Assembly (NCBI GenBank): GCA_943787795.1
Contig: CALSNU010000004.1
Location: forward strand, 672,001-736,000
Direction of reading: 5' to 3'
DNA: 64,000 nucleotides
From: an uncultured bacterium
GTDB taxonomy: Bacteria; Planctomycetota; UBA1135; GCA-002686595
The translations under genes were made by a program, and so were the position numbers. Under the pieces are notes generated by a model, which was not told the origin of the DNA, searched no databases, and saw only the letters and a list, made by a program, of their open reading frames with translations. This document shows positions 60,621-64,000 of the stretch, piece after piece; position 1 is the first letter of the stretch; each line of letters opens with the position of its first letter.

Positions 60621-61348
60621 AGGGCGACCGGGCCGATCCAGGCGTGGTAGGACATGCGCTCGTCGTCCGGGCAGACCTCGCCCATGAACATGCGAGCGTC
60701 CTCGACGTCCGTACAGTCGAGGATGGTCATGCTGCGGCCGGCGAGCGCGCCTTCGACGCAGTCACCCTGGCAGAGCACCATGGGCCCGAGCTTCCCGAGG
60801 GTGGCGCGCATGGCCAGCGAGCTGGGGCCGGTGACGACCACGTACGGCCGGCGGATGGCGTTCCCGCTGCCGCTCATGACGGCGCTGCGGACCATCGAGA
60901 GGTCCGTGGTGGTGACGAAGCGGGAGGCGTCGTTCCTGTAGAGCCCCGTCCCGCTCGCGGGTCCTTCGCAGCAGCGCTCGAGCGCCGAGGCGGTGTCGTC
61001 GGTGTCGAAGAACATGAGCTGCCGGACACCGCTGTTCCCGCGCGGCGCGACCACAGGGCCCGCCGCGACGAGGGAGCCGTTCATGTGCAGCCAATCCACG
61101 AACGCCGCCTGCTCGGAGGAGATCGCGGTCATCTCTGCCGACGTCGGGACCTCGTTGGCGTCGATGAGGCTCGTCGCAACGACGGTGTAGGCCTGGCCCT
61201 CAGGGCTGTACGCCGAGCCAGCGGCCGCCATGTCGACCTGCACGGCTGAGGGTTCGGCGCCGGTCTCAATGGAGGCACTCAGCTCAGGAGAGGTGGAGCA
61301 GGCTGCGAGAGCGAGGCCGGTCACGAAGATCGCCGGGAAGATGCGCAT
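60605..61348 (-). CDS. Lipoprotein with YciI-like ferredoxin-fold modules
   Basis: Lipobox LAA-C; GSLVAAGPV...LMFFD. Confidence 0.55.
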   Translation of the reverse strand: MRIFPAIFVTGLALAACSTSPELSASIETGAEPSAVQVDMAAAGSAYSPEGQAYTVVATSLIDANEVPTSAEMTAISSEQAAFVDWLHMNGSLVAAGPVVAPRGNSGVRQLMFFDTDDTASALERCCEGPASGTGLYRNDASRFVTTTDLSMVRSAVMSGSGNAIRRPYVVVTGPSSLAMRATLGKLGPMVLCQGDCVEGALAGRSMTILDCTDVEDARMFMGEVCPDDERMSYHAWIGPVALSTAR

Positions 61349-61504
61349 GTTGATCGTCAGATGTGGTTCAGGGGTGAGCGGGTCATCCGGGGGAATCTTC
61401 GACCTGCGTTTCCCCACACCTTGAGGCTCTTCACGAGACACCGCTGGCCGCTCGGTCAGCAGCCCGACATCGGCGGCGCCGAGGCCCCTCTAACCTCGGG
61501 TATC

Positions 61505-61578
61505 CCCTGACGCCTCCTGGATGCCTGACACCTCCTGGAACCCTGACACCTCCTGGAACCCCCACACCTCCTGGAACA
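61505..61578. repeat. 18-bp tandem repeat (CCTGACACCTCCTGGAAC) x4
   Basis: Directly visible. Confidence 0.85.
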
Positions 61579-61616
61579 TCGACGAGGCCGGTGGATCGCT
61601 CCTCGGCCCCGAGCCG

Positions 61617-62156
61617 TCACCGTCGCCGAGCTCTGAAGGCGCGGAGCGCGAGGATCAGCCGCGCCGAGAGGCCGAAGTTCCACCAGAAGAACCGGTTCAC
61701 GCCGCCCCAGAGCGCGCCGAAGCCCCGTCGCACATCGGTGTCGAGGCGCATGCGCAGGGTGGTCCGCCCGGGCCCGGCCTCCTCGAACCAGAACTGGAGC
61801 CGGCGCGGCCGCGCGATCCGCATGGACAGGGCGTACGAGCCATAGCCGTAGATCAGGTCGCGATACTCCGGTGACCGCACCTCGCCGATGACGCCGTGGA
61901 AGCTCATCAGCGGGCCGTGGTGTGCGTTCAGGCAGCCAGGCTCGAAGCCGCCAGGGCGGCCGTCCGGCATGGGCAGGAACTCAACCCTGAAGGGGGGCAG
62001 CTGGCCGCGCGTGAATGTCTTGGGGTCGTTGAGCCAACCCCAGACCACCTCTCGCGGGACCCCGAAGGTCCATGCCAGCTCGAGGGCGTGGGCGCGAAAC
62101 CCGGGCGGGGTCGCGCCGGTCGCCAGGGGCGCGGTGAGCTTGGGATCGACGTCCAT
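61617..62156 (-). CDS. SRPBCC/START-like protein
   Basis: FGVPREVVWGWLNDP...WFEEAGPGRTTLRM. Confidence 0.6.
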   Translation of the reverse strand: MDVDPKLTAPLATGATPPGFRAHALELAWTFGVPREVVWGWLNDPKTFTRGQLPPFRVEFLPMPDGRPGGFEPGCLNAHHGPLMSFHGVIGEVRSPEYRDLIYGYGSYALSMRIARPRRLQFWFEEAGPGRTTLRMRLDTDVRRGFGALWGGVNRFFWWNFGLSARLILALRAFRARRR

Positions 62157-62199
62157 GGATGGAGCTATTCGCCGGCAGCCAGGCTTCGGGTGCGCGAGA

Positions 62200-62919
62200 T
62201 CAGTACCAGATGGCGACGGCTCGACCGTGCTCGTCCAGCTCGGGGGCGTGCGGGACGCGATCCGCCTCCCGCCTCGCGATACGCCGCGCCGACCACGCTG
62301 CCGCGGCAGCATCCAGGACGTCATCCACGGGGACAGCCCCCGCGTCATCGAGGGCGGAGGGAATCTCCAGCCCCTCTGCAGCGAGCAGGTCCCGCCGCTC
62401 GCACGCCCCGTTCCAGGATCGCTTGCCCGTGAGGAGCACCCGCCCGGCCATGGCTCTGAATGCGAGCTCGGGGTGGACCTCGAAGACCCGCGGGTCAGCC
62501 CGCAGCCCGTCCGCCTCGAGCACGTTATGGCGCAGCGCGTAGCTCTGAGCCGAGATGCTCTTGCCCGTGAGCGCTGTGGCCCGGACCCGAGCGTCGGCGT
62601 AGGTAGGCGCCTCGAGGACGGCCCGCGGCGGCGTCATGAAGATCGTGGCCCGCCTCGAGCCGAGCGCGAGCCGCGCCTCGGCGTCCGCTGCGCGGGGGCC
62701 CGTCTCGGGCATGCCCAGCGGGACGTCGATCCCGAAGGCGTCCGCGTCACCGTGCAGCGCGAGCACATCCTGGAGGCTCTCAAGGACCGCAGCGCCGCTG
62801 AAGCGCCCATCACGATCCACGGCGATCGTCACCCATCGGCCGCGGGTCCCATCCACGCCCACATAGGGGCCGCCCCTGTTCGCGGGGAGCTCCCTCTCGG
62901 TGCCGCTGGCCTCGTCCAT
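62200..62919 (-). CDS. DUF429 (predicted RNase H-like nuclease)
   Basis: VGVDGTRGRW, GIDVPLG, FEVHPELAF, DDVLDAAAAAWSA. Confidence 0.9.
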   Translation of the reverse strand: MDEASGTERELPANRGGPYVGVDGTRGRWVTIAVDRDGRFSGAAVLESLQDVLALHGDADAFGIDVPLGMPETGPRAADAEARLALGSRRATIFMTPPRAVLEAPTYADARVRATALTGKSISAQSYALRHNVLEADGLRADPRVFEVHPELAFRAMAGRVLLTGKRSWNGACERRDLLAAEGLEIPSALDDAGAVPVDDVLDAAAAAWSARRIARREADRVPHAPELDEHGRAVAIWY

Positions 62920-62975
62920 GGCCGCCGTTCTACCAGCAAGCTCCGTCCGCCGCCCGCGCCGGATAGCATCGTCCC

Positions 62976-64000
62976 ATGAGAACCGCTCTCCTCGCCCTCG
63001 CCTGCCTCGCCCTCCCAGCCCTCTCCTGCAGCGGGACCGGACCCCACCACGTGCAGACCCTCGACCCACTCTCCACCGGCACAGAGTCCAGCCTCCGCGG
63101 CCTGTGCGCCGTGGACCGTGACATCGCCTGGGCAACCGGCAGCCGCGGAACCGTCGTGGTCACCTCTGATGGCGGGTCGACCTGGCGCGCGGTCGCACCC
63201 ATGAAAATCGCCGAGCTCGACGTCCGTGACGTCCACGCCCTCGACGACAGCACGGCCTGGATCATGTGCGCTGGCCCCGGCGAGAAGTCCCGCATCCTCT
63301 TCACCGAGGACGGCGGCGACACCTGGGAGGAGCAGCACCGCGAGCGGGACGAGGCGGCCTTCCTGGACGGCTTCGCCTTCTTCGACGCCGAGCACGCGCT
63401 CTGCTACGGGGACCCCATGGCGGACGGCGGCTTCCGACTGCTTCGGACCGATGACGGCGGCGCGAGCTGGATTCCCGTCACGCCGAGCCCCCTCGCCCTG
63501 CCCTCCGGCGAGGCGAGCTTCGCGGCGAGCGGCACCGGGATCCGAGCGCTGGAGTCGGGCGAGGTGTGGATCGTCACCGGCGCCAATGACGGCGTGTCCC
63601 GCGTGTTCGCGAGCTCAGCTGCTGACGGGGCACTCTGGAGCGTCTCCGATTCGACGGTCCGCGCACCCAAGCCGGCCGCCGGGGCCTTCAGCATCGCCTT
63701 CCAAGCGGACGGTCACGGCGTCCTCGTGGGCGGCGACTACCAGCGCCGGGAGGAGGGCGGCGTCCACTGCGCCTCGTGGAGCGACGATTTTGGCGCCAAC
63801 TGGCACCCCTGCGAGGTCGGGCCGCGCGGGCAGCGCGCGGGCTCCGCAGCCCTCGGCGGCGGCTTGTTCGTGGCCACCGGCCAGACCGGGACCGACATCA
63901 GCCGCGACGCAGGGCGCACCTGGTCGGCCCTCTCAGACCTCGGCTTCCACTGCGTCGAGGTCTCCCCGTCCGACGGGAGCGTCTGGTTCGCCGGACCTGC
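62976..64000 (+). CDS. BNR/Asp-box repeat (YCF48-like) beta-propeller lipoprotein; runs off the window end
   Basis: MRTALLALACLALPALS-C; repeats TSDGGSTW, TEDGGDTW, TDDGGASW, SRDAGRTW. Confidence 0.85.
   Translation, partial: MRTALLALACLALPALSCSGTGPHHVQTLDPLSTGTESSLRGLCAVDRDIAWATGSRGTVVVTSDGGSTWRAVAPMKIAELDVRDVHALDDSTAWIMCAGPGEKSRILFTEDGGDTWEEQHRERDEAAFLDGFAFFDAEHALCYGDPMADGGFRLLRTDDGGASWIPVTPSPLALPSGEASFAASGTGIRALESGEVWIVTGANDGVSRVFASSAADGALWSVSDSTVRAPKPAAGAFSIAFQADGHGVLVGGDYQRREEGGVHCASWSDDFGANWHPCEVGPRGQRAGSAALGGGLFVATGQTGTDISRDAGRTWSALSDLGFHCVEVSPSDGSVWFAGP

Overview
GC-rich bacterial window, probably from a Planctomycetota genome (inferred from the WD40 Ser/Thr kinase, squalene-cyclase-repeat protein, ECF sigma factor and a repeated secreted-protein C-terminal domain). 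Both flanks hold ordinary genes. Left (1-22 kb): malQ, a GH13 amylase, an AlkA-type glycosylase, an HTTM protein, a MarR-RND efflux operon, an EamA transporter and an ECF pair. Right (51-64 kb): beta-carbonic anhydrase, tRNA-Arg(CCT), DUF2200, a GAF histidine kinase, DUF429 and a BNR-repeat protein. The middle (about 22.0-51.1 kb) is a mosaic punctuated by at least 11 copies of a hairpin motif, CGATCCGCTGCTCCGCCAAGTGGCAGCTTGGATCGCTTATCCAC. Four copies are still attached to the 3' end of an IS91/ISCR-family rolling-circle transposase gene, which points to the motif being oriIS. No intact transposase is present. The copies delimit single genes and gene fragments (amtB' plus a glnK pseudogene, an IS1 remnant, headless ORFs, secreted proteins, a kinase, a CotH/VTC operon), resembling a cassette array or Helitron-like gene-capture locus. 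A candidate 31-bp terIS, a 149-bp minimal element and an unexplained structured 216-bp repeat (3 copies) are also visible. All calls come from reading the sequence; no searches were run, and boundaries of degenerate repeats are approximate.
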